Shown here: positions 8,168 to 18,603 of the stretch, one piece after another
Numbering within the stretch: position 1 is the stretch's first letter
Layout: every line of letters begins with the position of its first letter
Virus record (IMG/VR): IMGVR_UViG_3300045988_103765
Direction: 5' to 3' (one strand)
Length of the DNA stretch: 64,000 bases
From: a virus
Notes under the pieces: generated by a model
Database searches by the model: none
What the model saw: only the letters and a program-made list of their open reading frames with translations
Told to the model about the DNA's origin: nothing
Position numbers and translations under genes: made by a program

Positions 8168-11100
8168 TTAATCGGGTAATATCCTAACATTTACACCATT
8201 TCCTGCGGCAGTAGAAATATTTACCGTCCAAACTTGAATGGCTTGAAGTATCTGATAGCTACTACGCATTTGAAGCAACATCTGCGACATTGTGCCTGCA
8301 TTGACATTAGTCATATCCCATATACCCTGCATGATAGTAGTTTGCTGAAATACTTGCTGGCTTACCATATTCATATAGGCTTCTAATGCACCAGCAGTTT
8401 CTTCGGTCACCGAAGAGATTCCTTTCTGTAATGAAGAAAGGGCTGCGTCTTTCACTCCACTACCGAACTCTATACCAAGCTGACCCATCAAGTTTTTTAA
8501 GTCCTCGTTTATCAAAGGAATTAGCTCTTTACCCAAGTCAGCTATCTGTTTGGCTTCTTCGGTGGTAATACCTACACCGCCAGCAGAGTTTTCTTCGGTA
8601 AATCTCTGAACCATAGCAAACATACTCTTCAACCGTTGTCCGACAATCTCAGAAGCAAGCGACTTGACAATCATATTTGTTATTAAATCATCAAAGCTTT
8701 CCTCTAAATTTGCCATTGTATCAGTTCCTTCCTTCCAAGCTGAAATCCAAGAATCGGCAAAGCTTTCTGCGGCAGACTTCACATCTGTACCGAGCAAAGT
8801 GTTTACTATATTAGTAGTAGCATCATCAATGGCATTCTGTAAGTCGGTAACTTGACCCTCTAATTCTATGATTTTGTCTTGGTCGCGGTTTTTCTTCTTC
8901 CGGCTCTTTTCAAGTTGAAGCTGACGTTGAACTTCTGCAAGCTGTGCCTTCTGATTTGCAATAGCTGCCTTCTGCGCTGAAATTTCAGCTTTACCCATCG
9001 ACTTATCAACAGCACGTTCAAGATTCTTATAAGCGTTCTCTAATTGCTTAACTCTTCTCTCGCTCTTTTCAACCTCTCTTGTGATTTTCTTGTTTCCGGC
9101 ATTGAATATGGCTGATACTCCTTGCCAGATACCTCCTAATGTGTTGATTGTTCCACCTAATATATCCCCTCCTGCTATTTGAGCTATTCCTTGTGCAGCT
9201 TGTGAAGCACCTTGTATAGCTTCGCCAATAGTAGATATCGTGTCGGAAACTCCCTCGGAAAATCCCATCTGTTCAAAGATGTTTCCTATGGAACTAACGG
9301 ACATACCCAACTGACTTACATATTCAACAGTACTTTCAAATGAACCGTCAAGTCCTTTAAAGTTATCCTTCAAATTCTCAACTTGGTCTGCAAGTAAAGC
9401 AAAAGGATTACGAGAATTTACTTCCGTCTTTAAAGCCTTAATACGTGCCATTAACTCTTTGTATTCATTAATTGGCATGTTGGCTCTATTAGCTACCGCA
9501 AACCTCTCTATCTCGTCAATCATATTATTCAAAGACACTGTACTGATTGCATTCAAGTCTTGGAATGACTTCTCCCAAGCATTAGAAGTATTCTTCCATT
9601 CCTCAAAAGCTATCTTAGTCTTTTCTTGTTCCGCACCAGTATCAACAGCAATAGAGAGCTTTGGAGCTTTCTCGTTTATAAAGTTCTGTATCTCTTCAAT
9701 CTCACTTTCTATCTCCGCTCTTACATCGGGGCTTTCAGTCACAGACAACTGCAATTCCAGCTTCGCCAAATCAGAAGTTGCATCAGCAACTCTATTGGAG
9801 ATAGAAGCTTGGTCTTCCAAACGTTTTCTTTCGACCTCTGCTATCTTATCCTCCATTTCAGCGTACTTGTCTGCAATAGACTGGAAGTTCTTGAAATCAT
9901 CCAATGCAGCTTTCTTGATAGTATCGCTTAACCTTTTCTGAATATCTTCAATAGCTTTTGAAGCGTCACTCTCATTCTGAACCATAGTATTAAGAGAGCT
10001 TTGCCAACTCTTAACCCTTATGTCGTTAGGATTCTTTTCGATTAAGTCTTGTAATCTCTCTTGTTCTTTTTGGAAGGATGAAACTTTTTCCCTCAAACTA
10101 TTCAATGTAGCGTTAACATCAGCTTCCAATTGTTCAAGTGAAACGGGGTCATACTCAAACAAGCCAGCAAACAGTGAACCGAACTGCCCAGCACCTTCAA
10201 TATCCAATTCTAATTCATAGCCTTGGAACATTCCCTCAATCTTACGTTTTGCCAAAGCAACACTTGCAGAGTTTATAGAGATAGAATATTCAATCTCGCT
10301 CTGTGCCTTCTTCCCGGCAACCAACTGTTTAGCTTCCGGTGATTTGAGGGTTTCAGCTATCTTGTCGTAGAACTTCGGAGCACTTCCTTTGTCAAAAGTA
10401 ATCAAGTCGTTAATATCAACACTGACACCTTTAAACGCATTGTCGAATAAGTCTTGGTAAGCTTCCTTCACTTTTTCGGTAGCATAGGTTATATTGCCAG
10501 TGTCTTTCACAAGCTGCAAGAACTTCTTCTGAATATCATCTACCAACTTAATCTGTTGTTTCAGCAAATCCATTTCCTCCTTTTTGGATTTATTCAAATC
10601 CTTTTGGGAAGTAAGATTTATCCTTAAAGAATTAGCAATCTCACGAACCATCTTAATTCGCTGTTGCGTCCATTCTTTTGATTCATCATCAACTAATAGT
10701 CCCTCATTGATTAAGTCTTCTTGCTTCTTTAATTCCTTGTACTCTTTCTTTAGACGGTCTGTATAATCAAATATACCTTCGTCCTCTTTGAACTTAAAGA
10801 TATTGCCTATCCTTTCATTTTTAGATGTAATATCATCTACAATAGCCTGCCATTTAGATAAGGCTTTTGTTTCATCGTCAGTAGGTTCTTTAAGCCCAGA
10901 CAAGCTATCATTAGCTTTTTGAATGGAAGCGTTTATAGAAGCTAACTCTTTTTGCATTTTCTGCAAATTCTCAAATGCAGCTTTCTCTTCCTTTTCAGAA
11001 GCCGGACGGGTATAAATCTCACCAGCCATTCCAGCTACAACTTCAACAAGCCCTTTATTATATAATTGGGATTGTTTAGCTATATCTGTAATTAATTGGT

Positions 11101-13339
11101 CCCTTCTCTTTTCAAGTTCAGATAGTTGTTGCTCCGTACCTTTTATGTTAGACTGACTTAATGCTTCCGCAAATTCTCTTGCAGCTTTAGTATTAATACC
11201 TAATATCTTACCATATTCATTCATTTTTGAAATAATGGCAGGAGTAGTAGCATCTACCAACTTACTCATTACCTTATCTAATTGGTTATGAGCTTCTTTA
11301 TTAGAATTTACAGCAGTTTCTAAATCTTTGTTGTTCTTTGCAGATTTTTCAGAAGAATCGGCATAGGCATCTATTGTTTCTTGGGTTGTACGTATTGTCT
11401 TTTGTAAATTGTCATATTGAGAAATAAGGTCTTCAACATTTGAAAGATTTTCAAAAGACTTCTTCAAATGTGTGCTTGCTTCGTCAAGTCCTTCTATTTG
11501 CTCCTCTACACTCTTAGCTTTAGGTAATAAGATAGCAAAAGTAGTTAATAAAGCTACAGCGCCAGCAGCTACAGCAGCGTATGGATTAGCAGCTACAAAA
11601 GCTAATGCCCTATTCAATACGCCTTGTGCTCTTGCAGCAGCAAGTGTAGCGGCAGCAGTTCCTTGTGTTGCCCTCGCTCTGGCTACTTCTGCAAGAGTTT
11701 GTTTAATTGTTAATCTTGTTCCGTTTAACGTTTCTATATTAGCTAAGGCTTGCATTGCCTTATAAGCTCCTATTGTCGATATGACTACAGTCAATGCAGA
11801 AGATACAGCGCGCCAATTTTCAAATAATTTCTGTACTACAGATATACTTCCCGTCAATATCCCTTGATGCTCCTTACCTATTTCATTTAACATAAAATCG
11901 TAAGCATCAGTCAAATTTGATAATTTACCAGCTAACGTTTCAGCCTGCTTAGCTTGAAAGTCGTAGAACATGCCACCTTCATCTGTATAACGGTTTAAGA
12001 CTTTCATTACATCAGTGAAGGAAACCATCTTATTAGACATTCTATCCATGACATCACCTACTGAAACAATTCTTTGTTCCTGCTCAGTGTACATCTTGGC
12101 AAGTTCAGAAGTTATAGAAAGACCAGCATTGGCAAAGTCACGAGCATCCCTTGCTGTAAGTACAGTCTGTGCCCTAATCTGACCTAAGTTGTAAGTCAAA
12201 CGTTCCATTGGTACACCAAGAGCGGCACTAATATCTGCAATACGTTTTGAAACATCTACAAGTTCTTCTGCTTCAAAGTTATAGGCAGCAAGCATTTTTG
12301 TTGTACTTGTCAAGTCTATTACGGTAAATGGAGATTTAAGAGCTAAAGTCTGTTGTTCCCGGAATATCTGAGAACCTTTTTCAAAGTCATTAAGTACAGC
12401 ACCGATTGAACGTTCAAGCAATTCATACTGACCTCTAACGTCCATAAGACTTTTTACAAATCCCGTGATAGCTCCTAAACCAGCATAGAAGAGAACTCTT
12501 TTACCTAAGTTCTTGAAGGATTCCATCAATCCGCTATTTACCTTTTGAAGCTGAACACCAGAGGAGATAGCATCAGCATTTGCTTTTTTCAAACTTGCCA
12601 TTTCCTTATTTACAGTAGCAAGTTTTGCAGCATAATTAGCATCATCTGTGGAGAGATTACGTTGTACAATCTGCAAGGCTTTCAGCTTTTCAATTCTTTC
12701 TTGGATTGACTTATTGCCCATAGCCATAGCCTTTTCGTAGCTTTGACCTCCTTGTGATATTCTACTCTTCTCCTCCTCTCTTGCTATTCTTGCTGCTAAG
12801 TTGGCAGTCTGCTGACGGAGCAATATTTCTCTTTGAAGCAGCTTCTCCCTTTGAGCAACATGAACATTAATCCTTGCCTCTTGCACATCAGTTTTTACAG
12901 TAGCCAATTGCTCCATATTATTCTTAATACGGGTTGTGTTCCCTTGTATCTTAGAGAATACTTCTCGCAAATTATTGGCAACTTGCAAGGCTTGGTTCAT
13001 GGAATTAACGTCTACAGATACATTCGTAGTAGTAGCTTGCGTGGCAGCAGTATTACCTTGTGCAATATTAGTTGCCCCCAAACTTTTAAGCTTGGCTTCC
13101 AATTCTGAAATCTTCGTTTCCAAAGGACGGATTTGTTGGTTAAAGCCATCAACTAAGCCCTTGCCAATATTCTTACCTAATTGGTCGGCAAAGCCCTCCA
13201 CACTCGCCAACTTGCCTTCCAGCTTGTTGGTGAAATCTTCCAGACGCTTTTCCGTCTTCTTTAGAGTTTCATCTATGCTTGATAACAAGTCCTTATCAGA
13301 CATTGAAGCACTAATAACTACATCTTTATTGTCTGCCAT
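8168..13339 (-). CDS. Tail tape measure protein
   Basis: 1723 aa. Extensive coiled-coil sequence with central hydrophobic or transmembrane-like stretches (FVAANPYAAVAAGAVALLTTFAILL). Located directly downstream of chaperone-like ORFs and the major tail gene. Confidence 0.85.
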   Translation of the reverse strand: MADNKDVVISASMSDKDLLSSIDETLKKTEKRLEDFTNKLEGKLASVEGFADQLGKNIGKGLVDGFNQQIRPLETKISELEAKLKSLGATNIAQGNTAATQATTTNVSVDVNSMNQALQVANNLREVFSKIQGNTTRIKNNMEQLATVKTDVQEARINVHVAQREKLLQREILLRQQTANLAARIAREEEKSRISQGGQSYEKAMAMGNKSIQERIEKLKALQIVQRNLSTDDANYAAKLATVNKEMASLKKANADAISSGVQLQKVNSGLMESFKNLGKRVLFYAGLGAITGFVKSLMDVRGQYELLERSIGAVLNDFEKGSQIFREQQTLALKSPFTVIDLTSTTKMLAAYNFEAEELVDVSKRIADISAALGVPMERLTYNLGQIRAQTVLTARDARDFANAGLSITSELAKMYTEQEQRIVSVGDVMDRMSNKMVSFTDVMKVLNRYTDEGGMFYDFQAKQAETLAGKLSNLTDAYDFMLNEIGKEHQGILTGSISVVQKLFENWRAVSSALTVVISTIGAYKAMQALANIETLNGTRLTIKQTLAEVARARATQGTAAATLAAARAQGVLNRALAFVAANPYAAVAAGAVALLTTFAILLPKAKSVEEQIEGLDEASTHLKKSFENLSNVEDLISQYDNLQKTIRTTQETIDAYADSSEKSAKNNKDLETAVNSNKEAHNQLDKVMSKLVDATTPAIISKMNEYGKILGINTKAAREFAEALSQSNIKGTEQQLSELEKRRDQLITDIAKQSQLYNKGLVEVVAGMAGEIYTRPASEKEEKAAFENLQKMQKELASINASIQKANDSLSGLKEPTDDETKALSKWQAIVDDITSKNERIGNIFKFKEDEGIFDYTDRLKKEYKELKKQEDLINEGLLVDDESKEWTQQRIKMVREIANSLRINLTSQKDLNKSKKEEMDLLKQQIKLVDDIQKKFLQLVKDTGNITYATEKVKEAYQDLFDNAFKGVSVDINDLITFDKGSAPKFYDKIAETLKSPEAKQLVAGKKAQSEIEYSISINSASVALAKRKIEGMFQGYELELDIEGAGQFGSLFAGLFEYDPVSLEQLEADVNATLNSLREKVSSFQKEQERLQDLIEKNPNDIRVKSWQSSLNTMVQNESDASKAIEDIQKRLSDTIKKAALDDFKNFQSIADKYAEMEDKIAEVERKRLEDQASISNRVADATSDLAKLELQLSVTESPDVRAEIESEIEEIQNFINEKAPKLSIAVDTGAEQEKTKIAFEEWKNTSNAWEKSFQDLNAISTVSLNNMIDEIERFAVANRANMPINEYKELMARIKALKTEVNSRNPFALLADQVENLKDNFKGLDGSFESTVEYVSQLGMSVSSIGNIFEQMGFSEGVSDTISTIGEAIQGASQAAQGIAQIAGGDILGGTINTLGGIWQGVSAIFNAGNKKITREVEKSERRVKQLENAYKNLERAVDKSMGKAEISAQKAAIANQKAQLAEVQRQLQLEKSRKKKNRDQDKIIELEGQVTDLQNAIDDATTNIVNTLLGTDVKSAAESFADSWISAWKEGTDTMANLEESFDDLITNMIVKSLASEIVGQRLKSMFAMVQRFTEENSAGGVGITTEEAKQIADLGKELIPLINEDLKNLMGQLGIEFGSGVKDAALSSLQKGISSVTEETAGALEAYMNMVSQQVFQQTTIMQGIWDMTNVNAGTMSQMLLQMRSSYQILQAIQVWTVNISTAAGNGVNVRILPD

Positions 13340-13351
13340 CGCTGCTACTTT

Positions 13352-13603
13352 TTATTTTATTCTTGGTATGGTATCTAACACACTACGTTTAGGTGCTTGC
13401 AACTCACTTCTATCACTTTTACGTCGTTTCCAAAACTTCTCCCATATCTCTTTATCTTTGCCACGCAAATACTTGATATGGGTGCTGTCTACTGTCAAGA
13501 AAAGAACTTGTGCCATAGACAATCTATAAAGATAATCGTCATACGTAAACTGCGGAAAGCTACGTATGAAATCACCTAAATCTCCGATTTGGCTTGCCGC
13601 CAT
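13352..13603 (-). CDS. Hypothetical protein (83 aa), second tail-assembly-chaperone-position ORF
   Basis: Overlaps the 3' end of 13576..14124 by 28 nt in another frame and has its own ATG. Sits immediately upstream of the tape measure. Confidence 0.45.
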   Translation of the reverse strand: MAASQIGDLGDFIRSFPQFTYDDYLYRLSMAQVLFLTVDSTHIKYLRGKDKEIWEKFWKRRKSDRSELQAPKRSVLDTIPRIK

Positions 13604-14124
13604 AATGTTAATTGTTCCGCTACCTTCTTCCTCATATTCGTCTGCGAAACCATAAGAGCCTTCCCCGATATGAGCACCGTAAAAACCGGTGATAAGTCGA
13701 TGCTGTTAATTGCCTCAATAATGATTGCCGCCCATTGAGCAGGCTCAAATACGGAGTTGAGAATACGAGCCTTCATAAAAGCTATCAGTTTGTCATTTCT
13801 GCTCATAACTTCTATCGCACTCGCATAATCGGTTATATCATCTGGTGAGAAGAGGTGATTAACAAGAATGATTGCTACAATCTCGGAACTTACGTCCAAG
13901 TCTGTACATAGAGCGTACATCATGCTCTTATCATCCTTAATATCCTCTTCCTTTTGTAATTTCAACGCTAATTGGAAAATACGCTGGTATGAGTATGCCC
14001 TCAACCGATGCACCTTATACTGCTTATCTCCTAACTTGACAAGCGTAGGATTGTCAGTCATAATCTCTGATATTTCCCTCTTTAGCTCGTCCGGTATAAT
14101 TAAATCCTTTTCTTCCATTATCAT
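13576..14124 (-). CDS. Putative tail assembly chaperone
   Basis: 182 aa, acidic. The call rests on position between the major tail protein and the tape measure. Confidence 0.5.
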   Translation of the reverse strand: MIMEEKDLIIPDELKREISEIMTDNPTLVKLGDKQYKVHRLRAYSYQRIFQLALKLQKEEDIKDDKSMMYALCTDLDVSSEIVAIILVNHLFSPDDITDYASAIEVMSRNDKLIAFMKARILNSVFEPAQWAAIIIEAINSIDLSPVFTVLISGKALMVSQTNMRKKVAEQLTLWRQAKSEI

Positions 14125-14192
14125 TTGTGCATTAAAGAAAAAAGGACAGCAGCAAACAAGCCACTGCCCTTTCTCTTGATTTATAATGGGTC

Positions 14193-14702
14193 TTAGCCTC
14201 CAACAGAAGGTTCAGCCATCTTCATCTCAACCGTCTTGCCATCATCATCAACCAAAGCGGTGATAGCGATATGCAGTTTCAACGGGGCAGTCTTCAAATC
14301 AGTACCATCCCAATTGGTAGCGACCTTACCTTTGTAAACAACAATGTAGTCAATACCATTGTAGAACTCCAACTTGAACTGCTTGTAAACGTTGGTGAAT
14401 GAAGAAGGCATTGTGTACAAGCCAGTAGAAGCGGTAAACTGACCGCCTTCCATAGCGGCAATCTCTTCCGGTTTGTACTTAACCAAGTCAAATTCAATCT
14501 TGTAAGAACCAAGTGTACCCACGCTATCAAGCGGAGTATCATAGAACTCACCGTTAATAGCACTTTCACTTGCGGTTTCTTGACTGATAGACAAACCTTC
14601 CAACACACCCATAAGAGGAGTATAAGAAGCTTCTGCACCAGCCCCGACTTCCGCATAGCCTAAAGACTTACATTTGTAAGTCAACAAATCTTGTGTAGCC
14701 AT
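14193..14702 (-). CDS. Putative major tail protein
   Basis: 169 aa. First gene of the tail block, upstream of the chaperones and tape measure. Call is positional only. Confidence 0.5.
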   Translation of the reverse strand: MATQDLLTYKCKSLGYAEVGAGAEASYTPLMGVLEGLSISQETASESAINGEFYDTPLDSVGTLGSYKIEFDLVKYKPEEIAAMEGGQFTASTGLYTMPSSFTNVYKQFKLEFYNGIDYIVVYKGKVATNWDGTDLKTAPLKLHIAITALVDDDGKTVEMKMAEPSVGG

Positions 14703-14767
14703 CTCGTCTAATTTTTAAATTATTATTTATATTGATTATAAATGAGGCGTTCATGTCCTTATGGGAC

Positions 14768-14797
14768 ACTTGACGTTTCATCGAGCCACTACTTCTT
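14768..14797. repeat. Copy 2 of the perfect inverted repeat of at least 30 nt (partner 1..30)
   Basis: ACTTGACGTTTCATCGAGCCACTACTTCTT lies in the 171-nt intergenic leader upstream of the major tail gene. Confidence 0.9.
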
Positions 14798-14873
14798 AGG
14801 GAGCTTGCACTCCGGTCGTCCATAGTTGGGTTCTCACCGTCCAATCCCCGATGCGCCAGCGGTTGGATAATTT

Positions 14874-15305
14874 TTACTTTATTAGTACCATAAATGATTT
14901 AATATACATGAAGAACAGATTGTCGCTCTCATTATATATATCATCAGTTGACAATATACCGTCAGTTGATATGTCGTATTTTCCTCCGGCTTTCTCAACT
15001 TCTGCATTCACAATATCGGATATGCTTGTTTCATACTTTTGAAGCAAGGTAGTGTCAAGCCGACCTCTTGTTTTGGGAGGGATATACATCTCAACTGTTA
15101 CCCGAACACTTGCAAAAGCATTCAAGTTGAATTGGCTCTTATCCTTAATTTCTCCCAAACGGATAACCATGAAGCCGCCAGCGTTTATCTCTTCTTCCAG
15201 CTTGGTAGGCATTTCCATCGGATAGATGTACTTTGTGACCTTATCTATAAAGAGAGAATAAACATATTGGTATATCGGCATTCGCCTTGCATCAATTAAA
15301 CTCAT
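14874..15305 (-). CDS. Putative tail terminator / neck protein
   Basis: 143 aa. Call rests on position between the head-completion genes and the major tail gene. Confidence 0.4.
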   Translation of the reverse strand: MSLIDARRMPIYQYVYSLFIDKVTKYIYPMEMPTKLEEEINAGGFMVIRLGEIKDKSQFNLNAFASVRVTVEMYIPPKTRGRLDTTLLQKYETSISDIVNAEVEKAGGKYDISTDGILSTDDIYNESDNLFFMYIKSFMVLIK

Positions 15306-15414
15306 GGGATTTGTTTACAAGGACATTCATATATCCTTGATGGTGTCCCCACTACACCTCTATTGATTACTTGATATAATCTTTCACCAATTACTTTTTC
15401 TTGAAACGGAACGC

Positions 15415-15909
15415 TCATATCCCTATTGTTTTAACAGTTGCCTTCCCTGCAAAATCTTCCTTAATATCGTCATATATGGTTGATAACACCTCAAATCTTC
15501 GTCTTGGATTTCCGGCATTCCCTCCTTCCAATATAGGAGCATAAGGCACTGTTGCTGCCAGCACCAAATCCCATCCTATATAAGTGGCAGGAGTATAGTT
15601 TGCCAAGAACTCGTCAGCAAGCTTTCTTCCATCTATCAGCTTGCCATGATACTTTGAGTTTTTAGTTGCCATCTGATACGGATACAAGTAGCCGCTCCCC
15701 TTCAAATTGCCTTGATAGAACACAGCCCAAATATAACTATCAGCCAAGTTGTAAGTCTGGTCGGTAAATCCGCTTTCAGAATATGCTTTCTTCAACAATT
15801 CGGGTGCATAGGCTATTAGTCGCTGGGTTTGCTCGCCAGCAAGTCTGTCAAACAGTTCTTGCCGAACCCTTTTCAAACCACTCAAATCAACTTTTACTTT
15901 TATCGCCAT
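15415..15909 (-). CDS. Putative HK97 gp10-like head-tail joining protein
   Basis: 164 aa. The segment TVPYAPILEGG resembles the YAxxvExG signature of gp10-family proteins. The position supports the call. Confidence 0.45.
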   Translation of the reverse strand: MAIKVKVDLSGLKRVRQELFDRLAGEQTQRLIAYAPELLKKAYSESGFTDQTYNLADSYIWAVFYQGNLKGSGYLYPYQMATKNSKYHGKLIDGRKLADEFLANYTPATYIGWDLVLAATVPYAPILEGGNAGNPRRRFEVLSTIYDDIKEDFAGKATVKTIGI

Positions 15910-16244
15910 CCACCTTTTCTATTTGCATATATAGTTATAGCACCTAACATCGAAGGTATGCTGTTATCAACTTGCATCTTAATTTGCTCTCCCATAACAT
16001 CACATTCTATCCAGTCTTCATTACGTACTGGATTAATATACTTCCCGTCCTCTCCTTTTATCAAAGGAATAGAAACAACGTAGTCGCTTGTTTGAGCGGT
16101 CGAACCGGATTCAGCAACAGAAAGATTCACGTCCATTACTCCTTCGTAGACGGTATCTTCTTCATCGTCGCCCATAGAACTTTCGATGATTCTGTATATA
16201 CGTCCCGAAAAAGGAAATTCTTCTATGTCACTGAATGAAATCAT
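15900..16244 (-). CDS. Putative head closure / adaptor protein
   Basis: 114 aa. Overlapping start and stop with both neighbours. Call is positional only. Confidence 0.4.
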   Translation of the reverse strand: MISFSDIEEFPFSGRIYRIIESSMGDDEEDTVYEGVMDVNLSVAESGSTAQTSDYVVSIPLIKGEDGKYINPVRNEDWIECDVMGEQIKMQVDNSIPSMLGAITIYANRKGGWR

Positions 16245-16612
16245 ATCACATCTATAATTTTCAAGAGTTTAATCTTTGGACGAGCAGAGATAAGAACCTC
16301 GTAATTAGGGTCATTGTATCTCTTATATATGCCCAAAGCATAACTGATTTTATTACTCTGATAGATGTCCGTCTCTGAACCTACTGTACGCTGGAAGTTA
16401 TTATGAGAGGCAGATTGAGATGCTGTACTTGAAGGGCTTAACAACACTGCGGTAAATATTATATCGGCAGTCATTAAATCCTTTTGTTCTTGGGTCAACG
16501 TCATAGCATCCTCGTTTACATCTGTGATGCCGCGGTCAAGAGCAATTCTCATAAATGTATTCTCCTCAAACGAATACCGACAAGATGAAGAAAGCCATTC
16601 AAGTATAGTCAT
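16241..16612 (-). CDS. Putative head-tail connector protein
   Basis: Start moved to ATG 16612 (MTILEWLSS...) to avoid overlap with the capsid gene. Call is positional. Confidence 0.4.
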   Translation of the reverse strand: MTILEWLSSSCRYSFEENTFMRIALDRGITDVNEDAMTLTQEQKDLMTADIIFTAVLLSPSSTASQSASHNNFQRTVGSETDIYQSNKISYALGIYKRYNDPNYEVLISARPKIKLLKIIDVI

Positions 16613-16628
16613 ATATAACCCTCCAAGT

Positions 16629-17876
16629 TTAAGAACCAACAGACGTAGTATCAACAACAATGTGTTCCATAAACTCGGTCAGCACTGGCATATAACGACC
16701 GATAGCATCAGTATGATATGCCTTGTAGATACCGTTAGGAACTACCTTGTTGATAATATAAATCAAGTCATTCTGTGCAGAAGCGATTGAATAGTCAATC
16801 GTCTTGTTTGCTTCACGCTGCAACAAGATAACATCGGCAACATCAGAATGAACAACCTTACCAGCAAAGCCAATAGGACGCAGAACTGCTACACCCGACT
16901 TCCAGCCTTGTACAGTCTTAATCGTTTTGATGTCTTGTACCACTTGTTCCTCTTTCACAATGCGGATAGGAGAAATCTTAGATACAGAAGAACGAGAATA
17001 CTGAATAAGCTGCTCCCAAGAAATGATGTTAGTATCAATGCCAGAAGCACCATTAGTAACAACAATAACCTTATCGGGCGCATACAAGCGAATCCAACGG
17101 TTAACTTCTTCCTTGAAGTATTTGTTGTTCAGCAAGTGAGTGATAACCATGTCATACGGCAAATCCCATTCCATTGTACCAGTAAATCCAGTACGGTCAC
17201 GGAAATCTTTCTCAATCTTTGCCATTTGTTCCGGAATGTTAGCTTCTGCGTTCGTCCATACTTGCTTACCAGCCTTAACAAAGTTTTCAGTAGGCACATA
17301 CTTCGGGAACTCATGTACGACACCGGACATACCACGAGAATCAGCATTGCTGTACTGACCTCCCTTAGACAAAGCTTGTGCGGCAATGTTAGAAAGACGG
17401 TAGTTGTGTGTCTTAATCAAGTCAGCAACACCACGTACATAACCTTCCAACAAAGTAGCATTAGCTTCACCAAGTTCATTCAAGCGTGCTTTCAATTCCT
17501 CTTTTGAAAGAGAAGTTTCAAACAAACCTTTACCGAACTGAGGGATAGTACCAGTTCTCTGTTCCCAGCCTTCGTTATCCATCTGAGCAACTTCACTCAA
17601 CGGTGTCATTGCATCAGCCATCGGAACGGGGCGGCGAGTAACATTATAGATAGTATAAGCAGGGTCAAGCTTCGGGCGGCTCATGTCAATAGGGTACTTG
17701 CCACCATCAACAGTGAAGTGTTCCTGCCAGAAGAACTGGTTTGCATCCATGACGATTTTCTCGTCAACGAGCGTCTGAATAAATGCGCTCGTACCGTCAG
17801 AGTTTACCAATCCTCTTTGATAGAGTTGGTTTACTAACTCGTCGGGATTAAATTGATATTTATATGCGTTTGCCAT
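16629..17876 (-). CDS. Putative major capsid protein
   Basis: 415 aa. Size and position (after the scaffold-like gene and a 232-aa head protein, before the connector genes) fit an HK97-fold capsid protein. No motif was verifiable by eye. Confidence 0.6.
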   Translation of the reverse strand: MANAYKYQFNPDELVNQLYQRGLVNSDGTSAFIQTLVDEKIVMDANQFFWQEHFTVDGGKYPIDMSRPKLDPAYTIYNVTRRPVPMADAMTPLSEVAQMDNEGWEQRTGTIPQFGKGLFETSLSKEELKARLNELGEANATLLEGYVRGVADLIKTHNYRLSNIAAQALSKGGQYSNADSRGMSGVVHEFPKYVPTENFVKAGKQVWTNAEANIPEQMAKIEKDFRDRTGFTGTMEWDLPYDMVITHLLNNKYFKEEVNRWIRLYAPDKVIVVTNGASGIDTNIISWEQLIQYSRSSVSKISPIRIVKEEQVVQDIKTIKTVQGWKSGVAVLRPIGFAGKVVHSDVADVILLQREANKTIDYSIASAQNDLIYIINKVVPNGIYKAYHTDAIGRYMPVLTEFMEHIVVDTTSVGS

Positions 17877-17893
17877 AATTCTACTCCTTTCCT

Positions 17894-18592
17894 TTAGATT
17901 TCAAATACACCATCGATGTAGTTGCGGTTCTTAGCCAATACGTACTTCGGAAGCGGTTGCATACGTTCAACAAATGCACGCTTGCCATAAACAGTGTTAA
18001 TGTTGTGCTGAACATCAGTAACTCCCCAGCGACCATCAGTCGGAGCAAACTGCGTATCTACTTCGATGAAGGTATTTGGGTTTTTAACTAACACAGTCGC
18101 GTCGGAAGCAGCAGAAGTCGCAACGTCACCTTTTTTGTCAGCAGCTTCAACCAAAATATCATCAGTAGTCAGAGCACCGATTGCAGTGTCAACAGTAAGA
18201 ATAAACTGCTTGTTCTCTTCATCGAACTCAACAGATTTAACCTTACCAGACTGTCCCGCAGTTTCAACTGTATCGGGAGCTTTCATAAGTACATTGCCTA
18301 CTTCGGGAATGTGAGAATAGCCAGAACCATCTACATACAGAGTAGTGTCTGTGCCAGTAGTAGTAGCCTTTGCCACCTTAAACGTTTTCAGAAGGAAACC
18401 CGGTTTCCACAATCTGTATTCGTACAAGTCAGCCGCAAAAGCATAGCCAAAACCCTTATACGGGTTTGCAATGGTAGAGCCATAGAGAACATTGGAACGT
18501 TCCTCGTGATTGGCGTCCTTCCACCATACGAACTTGCCACCTCTAAATTGTTTAGCGGAAGCAAAAAAGGTTTCTAAATTAAATTGTGCCAT
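17894..18592 (-). CDS. Head-associated protein (decoration or auxiliary capsid protein?)
   Basis: 232 aa, between the scaffold-like gene and the capsid gene. Function is inferred from position only. Confidence 0.4.
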   Translation of the reverse strand: MAQFNLETFFASAKQFRGGKFVWWKDANHEERSNVLYGSTIANPYKGFGYAFAADLYEYRLWKPGFLLKTFKVAKATTTGTDTTLYVDGSGYSHIPEVGNVLMKAPDTVETAGQSGKVKSVEFDEENKQFILTVDTAIGALTTDDILVEAADKKGDVATSAASDATVLVKNPNTFIEVDTQFAPTDGRWGVTDVQHNINTVYGKRAFVERMQPLPKYVLAKNRNYIDGVFEI

Positions 18593-18603
18593 TTTTTTAA
18601 TAT

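Noticed and set aside
8386-13529. Numerous 60-197-aa ORFs on the plus strand inside the tape-measure gene, and similar antisense ORFs inside the capsid, fibre, terminase and tnpB genes
   Set aside because: They are entirely nested antisense within long, well-supported genes. They have low-complexity, Ser/Leu/Phe-rich translations typical of the reverse frame of Lys/Glu-rich coiled coils. They have no independent start context.
13576-13603. Programmed -1 frameshift joining the two tail-chaperone ORFs (G/GT-like)
   Set aside because: The downstream ORF is in the +1 frame, not the -1 frame, relative to the upstream one. It has its own ATG within the overlap. I see no X XXY YYZ heptamer in the 28-nt overlap (GCC AAA TCG GAG ATT TAG).
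14703-14873. tRNA or small self-cleaving ribozyme in the GC-rich intergenic region (CGATGAAAC resembles part of a hammerhead core)
   Set aside because: I could not build a cloverleaf or T-loop (GGTTCGAATCC-like). The flanking helices I/II/III and the CUGA box of a hammerhead are also absent.
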